A stretch of DNA of 64,000 bases from NCBI GenBank assembly GCA_033549245.1, contig JAWSUW010000001.1, positions 1,755 to 65,754 on the forward strand, given 5' to 3'. This stretch comes from Bacillota bacterium (GTDB lineage: Bacteria; Bacillota; Clostridia; Peptostreptococcales; Acidaminobacteraceae). Shown piece after piece: positions 49,352 through 59,688 of this stretch (the first letter of the stretch is position 1; every line of letters starts with the position of its first letter). The notes beneath the pieces are model-generated. The model was given only the letters and a program-made list of their open reading frames with translations. It did no database searches and had not been told where the DNA came from. The translations under genes and the position numbers were made by a program.

Positions 49352-49801
49352 ATGAAATATTCAAGACATTCAAAGATAATTGAAATCATTGAGGCAAAGG
49401 ATATCGAGACTCAGGATGAACTGGCTATGGAACTCAAATTATCAGGATTCCAAGTTACACAAGCCACTGTATCCAGGGATATCAAAGAGATGAGACTGAT
49501 CAAAGTACTCACAAAAGATGGCAGATATAAATACGCATCCATCAGAGACAAAGAAGGTGTCGTCAACGACAGGTTTTTAAAAATCTTCAGGAATTCGGTA
49601 ACCTCAATAGATTTTGCCGGAAACATAATTGTCATAAAGACTTTGGTGGGTTCCGCAAGTGCCGCCGCTGTTTCCATTGATGCATTCAACATAAAAGAAA
49701 TCGTAGGAAGCATAGCCGGGGATGATACCATTTTTCTTGTTGTTAAAGAAACTGAGAAAATTGATGAGTTGATGAATCGATTCAAGGATTTGCTCATATG
49801 A
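49352..49801 (+). CDS. argR: Arginine repressor
   Basis: TQATVSRDI, GSIAGDDTI. Confidence 0.95.
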   Translation: MKYSRHSKIIEIIEAKDIETQDELAMELKLSGFQVTQATVSRDIKEMRLIKVLTKDGRYKYASIRDKEGVVNDRFLKIFRNSVTSIDFAGNIIVIKTLVGSASAAAVSIDAFNIKEIVGSIAGDDTIFLVVKETEKIDELMNRFKDLLI

Positions 49802-49822
49802 TTTCGAAGCAATGGAGGCTTT

Positions 49823-51526
49823 ATGCTTTTTGAACTACATATCAAGGATTTTATACTGATTGAGGACGTAAAAATAGGATTTGAACAGGGCTTCAACACC
49901 ATTACCGGTGAAACCGGAGCGGGAAAATCTATGATTTTGGGAGCAATCGATCTGGTGTCCGGAGAACAGGCCAATAAAGATTCTGTAAGAATCGGTGCGG
50001 ATAAGACTCTCATAAGCGCAAGCTTTTACACCAATGATAAAGTGAACCTATATCTGACTGAAATGGGCATTGCCTGTGATGATGATCTTGTCATTCTATC
50101 GAGAGAGGTCCAGGCCAAAGGGAAAAGCATTTCGAGAATCAACGGACAAATTGTGACACTCAATCATCTTAAAGAAATTACTAAGAATTTGATTCAAATA
50201 CATGGACAAAACGACAATCAGACGTTATTGATCAGAGAAGAACAGTTGAATTTGCTGGATAAGTTCGGTGGAACTGAAAATATCAGAACCCGCCAACAAA
50301 TCCAGCATTTGTTCAATGAGATAAGGACTTTGAGATCGGAAATCGCTCTGCTTGAAGAAAAATCATATGATCGTCAAAGACAAACTGACTTTTTATCGTT
50401 TCAAATTGAGGAAATCGATAACGCCAAATTGAAAATTGGTGAAGATCTGGCACTGGAAAAAGAGTTTGAACTATTGACTCATTTGGGCAGTATAGTGGAG
50501 GTTTTTGAACGTGCTACAGGTTGGATGTCCGGTGAGTTCGGCGATGGAGCAGTTTCAGAAGTGTCTTCCATTGCAAACGCCTACTCGAAATTGGTGCACT
50601 ATGATGAATCACTTGATGATTTTTCGAAACGGTTCAAAGAGATTTATTTTTTGATGGATGATTTGTCAAAAGATGTGGTCGATTACAAGAGTAAACTGGA
50701 TCAGGATCCCGAGAGACTGGAATGGATTGAACGCAGACTTGATGAGATCAATCATCTCAAATCAAAATATGGTAAAACTATTGAAGTTATTTTTGATCTC
50801 AAATCAAAATTTCAGACTGAACTGGATGCTTACGAAAATGTGGAAGAGCAGCTGAAGTCTGAAAAGCAAAGACTTGATAGCTTGCTAAAGGAGTATTCGA
50901 ATATCTCAGAAGTATTGACATCCCTCCGATTAAAAGCATCGATAGCATTTGAGGAAGCACTCCAAAAAGAACTGACCGAGCTCAATATGAAGGAGACCAA
51001 TTTCAAAATTGACCTCAATAAACTCTATGAACCGACCGCTCATGGTCTGGACGAAATTGAATTTACAATTTCAACGAATATTGGTCAGCCATTTCGACCT
51101 CTTAAAAAAGTGGTTTCTGGCGGGGAACTGTCCAGAATCATGTTGGGAATCAAGATTGTTCTAGGGAAAATGGATGCGATCCCAACACTTGTGTTTGATG
51201 AAATCGACACTGGAATCAGTGGAGTGACTGCAAATGTCGTAGGTGAGAAATTGGCGAAACTTTCGAGCTATAGTCAGGTGATCATCATCACCCACCTTCC
51301 ACAGATAGCTGTATTTTCAGATCATCATCTGTTAATTGAAAAAAATGTGGAAGATCAGAATACGCTCACTCATATCAAACCAATCACATCAAAGGAAGTG
51401 GAAAACGAAATCAACAGATTGGTAGGTGGTCTTGAAGTGACTGAAACCACAAGTATCCATTCCAGGGAGATGATTCAGACCGCACATAAAAAGAAAGAAC
51501 TGTTCAAGAAAGAACATAAAAAATAG
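49823..51526 (+). CDS. recN: DNA repair protein RecN
   Basis: TGETGAGKS, SGGELSR, FDEIDTG, ITHLPQ. Confidence 0.96.
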   Translation: MLFELHIKDFILIEDVKIGFEQGFNTITGETGAGKSMILGAIDLVSGEQANKDSVRIGADKTLISASFYTNDKVNLYLTEMGIACDDDLVILSREVQAKGKSISRINGQIVTLNHLKEITKNLIQIHGQNDNQTLLIREEQLNLLDKFGGTENIRTRQQIQHLFNEIRTLRSEIALLEEKSYDRQRQTDFLSFQIEEIDNAKLKIGEDLALEKEFELLTHLGSIVEVFERATGWMSGEFGDGAVSEVSSIANAYSKLVHYDESLDDFSKRFKEIYFLMDDLSKDVVDYKSKLDQDPERLEWIERRLDEINHLKSKYGKTIEVIFDLKSKFQTELDAYENVEEQLKSEKQRLDSLLKEYSNISEVLTSLRLKASIAFEEALQKELTELNMKETNFKIDLNKLYEPTAHGLDEIEFTISTNIGQPFRPLKKVVSGGELSRIMLGIKIVLGKMDAIPTLVFDEIDTGISGVTANVVGEKLAKLSSYSQVIIITHLPQIAVFSDHHLLIEKNVEDQNTLTHIKPITSKEVENEINRLVGGLEVTETTSIHSREMIQTAHKKKELFKKEHKK

Positions 51527-51545
51527 CACATAGGGGTTTGGGAAG

Positions 51546-52736
51546 ATGGATGTCTTATCAAAACTATTGTTTTCAGCAATGGGTGCGCATGCAATTTTAT
51601 ATGGATTAAGAGGTATTGTTCCTGAATTCAAGGAACAAACCCGTTCGAAATGGATCGTGTTGGCAGTCATTTTGACTGTATTTCTCGTTTTTTTTGACGT
51701 TGCGATCTTAAAGAACGTATTGATTCTTTGCGCTTTTTTGATTTACTATCTCAAGTGGGTCTATGGTAGGAGTTCGTTTATAGCCTCTCTATCAGTGCTT
51801 TTTCTGTACTTGATACTTATCTTGACGTCTATGATCACTTCGAATCTGGGTGTACTGATCCTTAATGAAGTACTGGATTTTAGAAAAGCGTTTGTTTCAG
51901 ACAACCTAAAAGTGCTTATGATATTCTGGTTGATGTACGTCATTTTACTGAGATATTATCAACTGATCATGAAGATTTTCAAGAAAATTACCAACTTCAA
52001 CTCGAGAATTGAAAGATTGTTGGTCGTCAGCAATGTTTTAGTGTTTTCGTTTATTGTCGCTTATCAGAAAATGACATTCATAAATTTGGTCAAAATCAAT
52101 TCTACCGGTTTGATTGATGCCGCACAGAATTCTTCGGTGCCTGTGTTTATGAATTCCACATACATGCTTACGACCATACTCACATTTTCTGTGGTGATAT
52201 TGATCAATAGACTCAGTATTGTAGACAATAATATGGAGAATTACAAGTACAAAGCTGAGACTGATTTGATGACAGGGGTACTGAGCCGGGAAGCCGGCCT
52301 TACATATCTGAAAGAAGAAATGATGAATTCAGTGGTCAAAGGGCATGATCTTACAGTTGCCTATATCGATATCAATGACCTTAAAGTGGTCAATGACAAA
52401 TATGGTCATAAGGAAGGTGACAGACTGATCAAGGTCTTGTCAGGCATCATCCAAAATAATTTGAGAGAATTCGATGTCATTACCAGACTTGGTGGGGACG
52501 AGTTCATGGTGATATTCAGGAAATGTAATATTTTACAAGCACGCAAGGTTTGGTATCGTATTACAGATGAATTCTTAAGAACGAATACAAGTGGAGAGTA
52601 CAATTTCAAGATCAGCGCCAGCGTTGGATTTACTGAGTATCATCCGTCCAAACATCCAAGTGTCATCCAGTTGATTCATGAAGCAGATGAGGCAATGTAT
52701 CTTCAAAAGAAATCCATCAAGGCGGCACGTTTGTAA
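51546..52736 (+). CDS. Multi-pass membrane diguanylate cyclase
   Basis: Several N-terminal TM helices; NDKYGHKEGD, I-site REFD, RLGGDEF. Confidence 0.9.
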   Translation: MDVLSKLLFSAMGAHAILYGLRGIVPEFKEQTRSKWIVLAVILTVFLVFFDVAILKNVLILCAFLIYYLKWVYGRSSFIASLSVLFLYLILILTSMITSNLGVLILNEVLDFRKAFVSDNLKVLMIFWLMYVILLRYYQLIMKIFKKITNFNSRIERLLVVSNVLVFSFIVAYQKMTFINLVKINSTGLIDAAQNSSVPVFMNSTYMLTTILTFSVVILINRLSIVDNNMENYKYKAETDLMTGVLSREAGLTYLKEEMMNSVVKGHDLTVAYIDINDLKVVNDKYGHKEGDRLIKVLSGIIQNNLREFDVITRLGGDEFMVIFRKCNILQARKVWYRITDEFLRTNTSGEYNFKISASVGFTEYHPSKHPSVIQLIHEADEAMYLQKKSIKAARL

Positions 52737-52810
52737 AACATATACAAAATAATTGATATTTGCTTTAATAATTTGGGGATTAATATAAAATTACGTTAGG
52801 GGCTATAACT

Positions 52811-53692
52811 ATGGAAAGATGCGTCGTAGAATTTGAAACCTTCTTAAGAGATCAGAGAAAACTTTCTCTCAACACACTTCAGTCCTACAAAAGGGATTTG
52901 AAATACTTTGGCATATATTTGAGAAAGCAAAACATCGAACATTATCACCATGTATCCAGTGTTGACCTACTCACTTATGTGATTCATTTGAAGAAAGAGG
53001 GCAAAGCCAACGCAACGCTTTCAAGAAATATCGCAACGATACGAACTTTTTATTCATTTCTTAGTAATAAAGGGTATATAAAACATAACCCTTCATTGGA
53101 GCTCGAGTCACCAAAGGCTGAAAAGAAAATGCCGGCTGTGCTTACACTTCAGGAAGTGGAACATCTTATTTCAAAACCAGATACGAGAACATCCATAGGC
53201 AAACGGGACAAGGCTATGATCGAGTTGCTTTATGCAACTGGCATTCGAGTGACCGAGTTAATATCATTGAATCTCTCCGATATCAATACGACAATGGGTT
53301 ATATCCGCTGTAAGGGAGCATCCAAATCAAGGGTGATTCCACTAGGGTCGATGGCGTCCAAAGCTGTTGATCTGTATTTGAAAGATGGAAGAAATCAACT
53401 TGTTAACGAGGATAATGAGGCACTTTTTGTAAACTATTATGGCAAGCGCATCACACGACAAGGTTTTTGGAAAGTCGTGAAAAGATATTCCGAAGAGGCT
53501 GGCATCGATAAAAATATCGCTCCGCATACTTTGAGACATTCTTTTGCATTGCATTTGGTACAAAATGGAGCTGACCTAAAAGCAGTTCAAGAAATGATGG
53601 GCCATTCAGATGTGACCACCACCCAGATTTATCTTGAAATGTCGAATTCCAAGATCAAGGACGTATATGAAAAAGCACATCCTAGAGCCTAG
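52811..53692 (+). CDS. xerD: Tyrosine recombinase XerD
   Basis: LYATGIRVTE, HTLRHSFA, MGH, TTQIY; conserved position before deoB. Confidence 0.92.
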   Translation: MERCVVEFETFLRDQRKLSLNTLQSYKRDLKYFGIYLRKQNIEHYHHVSSVDLLTYVIHLKKEGKANATLSRNIATIRTFYSFLSNKGYIKHNPSLELESPKAEKKMPAVLTLQEVEHLISKPDTRTSIGKRDKAMIELLYATGIRVTELISLNLSDINTTMGYIRCKGASKSRVIPLGSMASKAVDLYLKDGRNQLVNEDNEALFVNYYGKRITRQGFWKVVKRYSEEAGIDKNIAPHTLRHSFALHLVQNGADLKAVQEMMGHSDVTTTQIYLEMSNSKIKDVYEKAHPRA

Positions 53693-53711
53693 AAATAGGC
53701 TCTTGTTTTTA
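53684..53711 (+). terminator. Intrinsic terminator
   Basis: AGAGCCTA-GAAA-TAGGCTCT followed by a T-run. Confidence 0.7.
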
Positions 53712-53731
53712 TTTTAATTGAGGAGGTTTTT

Positions 53732-54901
53732 ATGATTAACAGAGTTATTTTATTTGTACTCGACAGTGTAGGCATTGGTGGCTTACCTGATGCAGAGCAA
53801 TTTGGAGATTTTAATGTCAACACCCTTGGTAACATAGCAAAATCAACTGATGACTTCAAGATTCCCAATTTGAAAAAAATGGGAATCGGAAATATCGAAG
53901 GAGTGGACGCCATTGAGGCGGATCCATCGCCTATTGGTGCATTTGGAAGATCACTTGAGGCATCAAATGGTAAAGATACAACAACAGGTCACTGGGAAAT
54001 TGCAGGACTTTATATTGAACATCCATTTAAGACCTATCCAGATGGATTCCCGGACCATATCATCAAAGCTTTTGAAGAGCAAACTGGACGTAAAGTCATT
54101 TTCAACAAACCGGCTTCTGGAACGGTTGTACTTGATGAATATGGTGAAGAACACATGAAAACTGGAAATCCGATAGTATACACTTCTGCGGACAGTGTTT
54201 TTCAAATTGCGGCTCATGAAGAAATCATTCCGCTAGAGGAACTCTATAAGATGTGTCAGATTGCCAGAGACATGCTTCGTGGAGATGATCAAGTCGCCAG
54301 AGTCATAGCTAGACCTTTTGTTGGAACGCCTGGAAATTTCCAGAGAACATCCAACAGAAGAGATTATTCATTGAAGCCATTTGACAAGACTGTTCTAGAC
54401 TTTGCAAAGGAAGCGGGACTCGAGGTCAAAGCAGTCGGTAAAATTGTGGATATCTATGACGGTGAAGGCATCACCGAAGATGTTCACACAAAAGATAATA
54501 TGGATGGCGTCGATCAGACTATTCGATTCATGAAAGAGGATTTCAAAGGCATACTATTCACCAATTTGGTGGACTTTGATGCCAAGTTCGGACACAGACG
54601 AGATGTCGATGGTTATAGACAAGCGTTAGAAGAAGTGGATGCACGTTTTCCTGAGATGATGTCGCTCATGAAAGAGGATGATCTATTGATTGTTCTTGCG
54701 GATCATGGCAATGACCCTGCATACAAAGGATCAGATCATACCAGAGAATACATTCCGATTCTGATATATGGAGATCATGTGAAAAAAGGTGTGGATATCG
54801 GCACAAGAAAGACTTTTGCAGATATCGCAGCAACCATCTCTGATATTTTGGAGATTCTAGCCACTCCGTATGGAACAAGTTTCAAAAATGAAATTCTATA
54901 A
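53732..54901 (+). CDS. deoB: Phosphopentomutase
   Basis: LDSVGIG, GKDTTTGHWE, YTSADSV, DHGNDP, DHTRE. Confidence 0.96.
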   Translation: MINRVILFVLDSVGIGGLPDAEQFGDFNVNTLGNIAKSTDDFKIPNLKKMGIGNIEGVDAIEADPSPIGAFGRSLEASNGKDTTTGHWEIAGLYIEHPFKTYPDGFPDHIIKAFEEQTGRKVIFNKPASGTVVLDEYGEEHMKTGNPIVYTSADSVFQIAAHEEIIPLEELYKMCQIARDMLRGDDQVARVIARPFVGTPGNFQRTSNRRDYSLKPFDKTVLDFAKEAGLEVKAVGKIVDIYDGEGITEDVHTKDNMDGVDQTIRFMKEDFKGILFTNLVDFDAKFGHRRDVDGYRQALEEVDARFPEMMSLMKEDDLLIVLADHGNDPAYKGSDHTREYIPILIYGDHVKKGVDIGTRKTFADIAATISDILEILATPYGTSFKNEIL

Positions 54902-54922
54902 CCACATCAATGGAGGCATATA

Positions 54923-56224
54923 ATGAGAGCAGTAGATGTAATCAACAAAAAGAAAAACGGTGAAATGTTGAATCAGGAAGAAATCGATTTTATGGTGCTG
55001 GGATATACCCGTGGGGAGATTCCGGATTATCAGATGTCCGCTTTCTTGATGGCCATATATTTTGTCGGAATGGACAATCAGGAAATCGCTTATCTAACGG
55101 ACTCATTTGTCAGATCCGGTGATACAGTAGATCTGTCAGCAATTCACGGTATCAAGGTAGACAAACACTCAACAGGTGGTGTAGGTGATAAAATCAGTTT
55201 GGTTGTAACCCCTCTTGTGGCTTCAGTTGGAGTACCCGTGGCAAAAATGTCTGGACGAGGACTTGGTCATACTGGTGGAACAATCGACAAACTGGAGTCC
55301 ATAGATGGATTCAAAATTGAACTTTCTGCTGAGGAATTCATCCATAATGTCAACACTTATAAAATGGCACTCGTGGGACAATCCGGTGATTTGACACCTG
55401 CAGACAAGAAAATATACGCACTTAGGGATGTAACTGGAACCATCAACAGCATTCCTCTAATCGCAAGCTCCATCATGAGTAAAAAAATTGCATCAGGATC
55501 CGATGCCATAGTACTTGATGTCAAAGTCGGTTCCGGTGCGTTTATGAAATCCCTTGATGAGGCTAAAATTCTTGCTAGAACAATGGTAGACATAGGCAAT
55601 TCCCTCAATAGAAGAACCGTTGCCGTCATCACCAACATGGATCAACCACTTGGTCATGAAATCGGTAATGCCAATGAAGTCAGGGAAGCGATTGAAGTGC
55701 TCAGCGGAAAAGGTGCTGAAGATGAAACTGAAGTGGCTCTTACAATTGCATCATACATGGCGGTACTTGGAGGTGCTTTTAAGGAGCTGAGTGAAGCAAA
55801 AGAGCATTTCAAGAAAACCATTGCTTCAGGTGAAGCACTCGAGCAACTTAAGATTTTCATCAAAATTCAGGGTGGTGATCCTGATGTTGTGGACCATCCG
55901 GAAAAATTACCTCAAGCCGCATTGCACATTGAAGTCAAATCAGAGTTTGAAGGTTATGTGAGCGGATTTGATGCTGAAAAAGTTGGAATAGCAGCAATGA
56001 TGCTAGGAGCTGGTAGGCGAAAAAAGGAAGATAAAATCGATTATTCTGCAGGCATTACTCTTAAGAAGAAAATTGGCGATCATGTCAATATGGGAGATGT
56101 GCTCTGTGTTCTTCATACAAATGACGAGAAGACCACTGAAGCAGAGAAAACAGTAAGATCAGCATTTTTCTTCAGCTCTGTGGCACCAGAACCAATTCAA
56201 TATATTTATGACATCATAGAATAG
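54923..56224 (+). CDS. pdp: Pyrimidine-nucleoside phosphorylase
   Basis: DKHSTGGVGDK, KMSGRGLGHTGGT, SSIMSKK. Confidence 0.96.
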   Translation: MRAVDVINKKKNGEMLNQEEIDFMVLGYTRGEIPDYQMSAFLMAIYFVGMDNQEIAYLTDSFVRSGDTVDLSAIHGIKVDKHSTGGVGDKISLVVTPLVASVGVPVAKMSGRGLGHTGGTIDKLESIDGFKIELSAEEFIHNVNTYKMALVGQSGDLTPADKKIYALRDVTGTINSIPLIASSIMSKKIASGSDAIVLDVKVGSGAFMKSLDEAKILARTMVDIGNSLNRRTVAVITNMDQPLGHEIGNANEVREAIEVLSGKGAEDETEVALTIASYMAVLGGAFKELSEAKEHFKKTIASGEALEQLKIFIKIQGGDPDVVDHPEKLPQAALHIEVKSEFEGYVSGFDAEKVGIAAMMLGAGRRKKEDKIDYSAGITLKKKIGDHVNMGDVLCVLHTNDEKTTEAEKTVRSAFFFSSVAPEPIQYIYDIIE

Positions 56225-56236
56225 GCAATAAAGATC

Positions 56237-56272
56237 AAAACGCTTCCTGAGCAATTGCAGGAGGCGTTTTTT
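56237..56272 (+). terminator. Intrinsic terminator
   Basis: AAAACGCTTCCTG / CAGGAGGCGTTTT stem plus T-run. Confidence 0.85.
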
Positions 56273-56311
56273 ATGGTTATAATAGAGGTGGGAATCAGGT
56301 TGGAGGTGGAA

Positions 56312-57550
56312 ATGCAAATGGATGAACGAATTTGGGAACAGTTGCTCGATATTCAAAGCAAAGGACAGTTTGTCTTTTATTTTGTCGGAGGATGCGTGAG
56401 AGATCTTTGCTATGGGATTCACTCGCGAGATATTGATATCGTATTTGAAGGGGACGCGGTAGAACTATTTGAACTGTTGAGCTCTGAGTTTGGAAAGAAG
56501 AACATACAAAAATCAAATCTGGACACGCTATCAATATATGGCGATTATTTTGAATTTGATTTCGCCTCTCCAAGAAAGGACGAATATCCAAGTCAAAACG
56601 GAATGCCCAAAATTACAAATGCCACTGTAAAGGAAGATCTGTCCAGAAGAGACTTCACATTCAATACCGGCTATATGGAGTTCTCGGATCAAACTATCCG
56701 TTGGTTCAAAGGTGAATATCCAGATCTGAATCAGATCATGAGCAAAATAACACATGCACACCCAATGTTTGAATCCGACATACAAAACAGAAAACTCAGA
56801 GTTATTCATGATCAATCCTTCGAGGAAGATCCATCCAGATTGCTTCGAGCAGTAAAATATATGACATTTTTGAACCTTGAACTGGATCAGGAGAGTGAGC
56901 ACCTTTTTAAATCAGCTCTTGAAGAAAGACGAATTGAGCGATTGGACAAGGCGAGATATATGAGAATCATATGGGATTATATCCACTTCGATCATGCCGA
57001 TGAACTGATGAACAAGCTGGACGGGTACCATCTTTTGCCGATGCAACATAAATATACCGATCTTACCCAAAGGGTCTCAACCATGAGGTCCGAATGGCAG
57101 TGTGAGGCGATTGATGTGAAAGTGGTCGTTTTTGTTGTGATGTTCCAAGAATTCAAAGAACAAATGAAAACTCTCGGACATCTGCTCAACGGTATTGTAA
57201 AGGAAATGGAGCTTATAATCGAAGGCATTGGTGGAATTTCAAGTAGCGATGCTTCAAAAAAGAGATACCTTGCATATAAAATATTGTATAATAAAAAGAT
57301 TGAAAGTATTGCATGTGCCAATTTAATCTGTGGGGATTCAAAATGGATCGACCTATATATGACTGAACTCAGCCATGTCAAAGTACATTTGACTGGAAGT
57401 GACCTCAAACGGATTGGTATTCACGAGGGACCGAGAATCGGTGAACTCAAAGAAGAGTTGTTGATTTATAAATTGTACGAAAATCCCGAAATGGATATCG
57501 AAGGGGAAATAAAATGGATAGAGAGTGCGAAAAATGAGACTGGAAATTAA
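56312..57550 (+). CDS. Class II tRNA nucleotidyltransferase (CCA/A-adding family)
   Basis: VGGCVRD, DID, EDLSRRDFT, SFEEDPSRLLRA. ATG after GGAGGTGG. Confidence 0.85.
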   Translation: MQMDERIWEQLLDIQSKGQFVFYFVGGCVRDLCYGIHSRDIDIVFEGDAVELFELLSSEFGKKNIQKSNLDTLSIYGDYFEFDFASPRKDEYPSQNGMPKITNATVKEDLSRRDFTFNTGYMEFSDQTIRWFKGEYPDLNQIMSKITHAHPMFESDIQNRKLRVIHDQSFEEDPSRLLRAVKYMTFLNLELDQESEHLFKSALEERRIERLDKARYMRIIWDYIHFDHADELMNKLDGYHLLPMQHKYTDLTQRVSTMRSEWQCEAIDVKVVVFVVMFQEFKEQMKTLGHLLNGIVKEMELIIEGIGGISSSDASKKRYLAYKILYNKKIESIACANLICGDSKWIDLYMTELSHVKVHLTGSDLKRIGIHEGPRIGELKEELLIYKLYENPEMDIEGEIKWIESAKNETGN

Positions 57551-58301
57551 GATTGATGCTTTTGAAGGACCACTAGACCTGCTTTTGCACTTGATCACAA
57601 AAGAAGAAATAGACATTTACGATATTCCGATTGTGAAAATCACTGATCAATATCTTAAAACGATACAGTTTTTGCCTGAAATGGATCTGGATCTAACGAC
57701 AGAATTTTTGGTCATGGCGGCAACACTTCTCGAAATCAAATCAAGAATGCTATTGCCCGAGCAAAATGAAACTTTCGATATTTTTGATATCGAAGGCAAT
57801 GATCCTAGGCGTGAACTGGTCAAAAGACTTATTGAATATAAAAAATTCAAGGATGCAGCAGGTGCGCTCAGGGAAAAGGAGAGTACACTTGATGATATCA
57901 TATTCAAAGACCAGGAAGAACTCGGTGATTACACCAGAAGCATATCACCTGAGGAGCTCAATCAAGGTCTTGAGGCGGAACTGCTTACCGAAGCAGTCAA
58001 AAGGCTGATTCAAAAAATCGAACGGTTCGATCATCACAGGAAGACTTTTTTCAAAGGTATCAAGAGAGATTTGTTCACTGTTGAGGAAAAAATTGATTTC
58101 GTGCAATCGAAGCTCCAGGTGGAACGTGCCATATCATTTTCAGAACTATTCGAAGGGGAAAAGACAAAGGAAGAAGTTGTCGTAACATTTCTCGCAATAC
58201 TTGAGCTCCTTAAAATGAAACGCATCGCCATAAGACAGGATCAGTTGTTTGATGAAATCTTCATCGAACGAAAAGAAGAAGTGACGGAGGAAGAAATATG
58301 A
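57534..58301 (+). CDS. scpA: Segregation and condensation protein A
   Basis: FEGPLDLLL, FLVMAATLLEIKS, TFLAILEL. Confidence 0.95.
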   Translation: MRLEIKIDAFEGPLDLLLHLITKEEIDIYDIPIVKITDQYLKTIQFLPEMDLDLTTEFLVMAATLLEIKSRMLLPEQNETFDIFDIEGNDPRRELVKRLIEYKKFKDAAGALREKESTLDDIIFKDQEELGDYTRSISPEELNQGLEAELLTEAVKRLIQKIERFDHHRKTFFKGIKRDLFTVEEKIDFVQSKLQVERAISFSELFEGEKTKEEVVVTFLAILELLKMKRIAIRQDQLFDEIFIERKEEVTEEEI

Positions 58302-58918
58302 ATGAGTTCCATCTTGAAGAGGTCGATCGTGAAACGGGTTACAAATCTGTCATCGAGTCGCTGTTATTTGTCTGGGGCGAACCATTAAGCCACAATAAAA
58401 TAGCCAAGATCCTTGATATAAAACCATCTACCGTGGAAAAAATCATCCATGAGATGATGGAGCAATATAACGAAGAGAAGAGAGGCATTCAGATTATTGA
58501 GGTGAATAAGCATTATCAGTACTCGACACTCAAGGAGAACTATGCCTACATCGAAAAATTGTGTGTGACTACAAAAAGCAAGGGTCTTTCCAATTCAGCA
58601 CTTGAAGTGTTGGCGATCATAGCTTATCAACAGCCCATCACAAAACTTGATATTGAACAAATCAGGGGAGTGAACTCAGACAGTCCACTTCAACACCTGA
58701 TTGAACGAGGACATGTGGAGGTCACTGGAAAACTCGATAAAATTGGTCGCCCTCAAATATATGGAACAACAGATTTGTTCCTGAAAAGTTTCGGTTTCAA
58801 ATCATTGAAGGAACTGCCAAGTCTTGAAGAGTTCGGAGGACTGCAGTTGTTTAACGAAGCATTTGAACATTCCGATGAAGAAGGAGGTACAGATGATCCA
58901 GATAAGAATATTGAGTGA
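58298..58918 (+). CDS. scpB: Segregation and condensation protein B
   Basis: LEVLAIIAYQQPIT, IRGV, YGTTDLFL. Confidence 0.95.
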   Translation: MNEFHLEEVDRETGYKSVIESLLFVWGEPLSHNKIAKILDIKPSTVEKIIHEMMEQYNEEKRGIQIIEVNKHYQYSTLKENYAYIEKLCVTTKSKGLSNSALEVLAIIAYQQPITKLDIEQIRGVNSDSPLQHLIERGHVEVTGKLDKIGRPQIYGTTDLFLKSFGFKSLKELPSLEEFGGLQLFNEAFEHSDEEGGTDDPDKNIE

Positions 58919-59327
58919 TTCTGATATTCAGGCGCTTCAGCGTTTGTTGAGAGAGGCGCAACTTGAATACTCAGATATTAAAAAGTCCAGTAATGAGTTC
59001 TATGTGGTCGAAGACCAAAAAAATTTGTGTGGACTATGCGGCTATGAGCTTTTGGAAAATCAAAAAGCGAAAATTGACTTTATTTACATCAGGGAACAAG
59101 ACCGAGGGTTCAAACTTGGCGATGGACTGTTGCGTGCTGTACTGAATCATTTGGATCATAGTGGAGTAAAAAAAGTGCTTATCGATTCCAATTCGGCAAC
59201 TAATGGATTTTATGTTGCTGAAGGACTTGAAATAGTTTACACATCCCCTGAAAATTCTGATCTTTTGACGTTTGTAGTGGAATTGCCACAATTTTTCAAT
59301 TCACCATGTAAAGGGTCACGGGTTTGA
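58893..59327 (+). CDS. GNAT family acetyltransferase
   Basis: Acetyl-CoA loop RGFKLGDGLL, GFY..EG. ATG at 58893 after AAGGAGG. Confidence 0.8.
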   Translation: MIQIRILSDSDIQALQRLLREAQLEYSDIKKSSNEFYVVEDQKNLCGLCGYELLENQKAKIDFIYIREQDRGFKLGDGLLRAVLNHLDHSGVKKVLIDSNSATNGFYVAEGLEIVYTSPENSDLLTFVVELPQFFNSPCKGSRV

Positions 59328-59478
59328 TTCTATAATTGTATACAGTGATACCATTAGCCAAATATACAAAATGAATGACAAATTGCAAAATAACAATTTT
59401 ATCGTACAAAAATGAAATAATCCTTGCAAAACAATGTGCCTATGGTATGATTGAATAGAGCGCAAAGGAGGTCTTGCA

Positions 59479-59688
59479 ATGGCTGATAACAGAGAAAATT
59501 TAACCATTCACATCAAAGAAGATTGGTGTAAGGGTTGTGGCATTTGTATTGCTTTTTGTCCAAAACAGGTTTTAGGATTCAATGAAAATGGAAAAGTAAC
59601 CATGTTAGACAGAGAAAATTGTATCAAATGTGGCATGTGTCAAATGAGATGCCCTGATTTTGCAATTTTTCTAGGAGGTAAGGAATAA
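59479..59688 (+). CDS. 2-oxoacid:ferredoxin oxidoreductase delta (ferredoxin) subunit
   Basis: CKGCGICIAFCP and CIKCGMCQMRCP. Confidence 0.92.
   Translation: MADNRENLTIHIKEDWCKGCGICIAFCPKQVLGFNENGKVTMLDRENCIKCGMCQMRCPDFAIFLGGKE

Noticed and set aside
49411-50013. Long antisense ORFs (this 200-aa one, also 18079-18627 and 26995-27513)
   Set aside because: Shadows of well-supported + strand genes; no family motifs.
52811-53692. Prophage or island integrase
   Set aside because: Housekeeping XerD in its usual position before deoB; no att sites, tRNA or phage genes nearby.
59360-59451. GCAAAA-containing sequences upstream of the oxidoreductase operon as additional activator boxes
   Set aside because: Palindromes are incomplete and there is no -24/-12 element. 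Better explained by a sigma-A promoter TTGCAA-N16-TATGAT with an extended -10.
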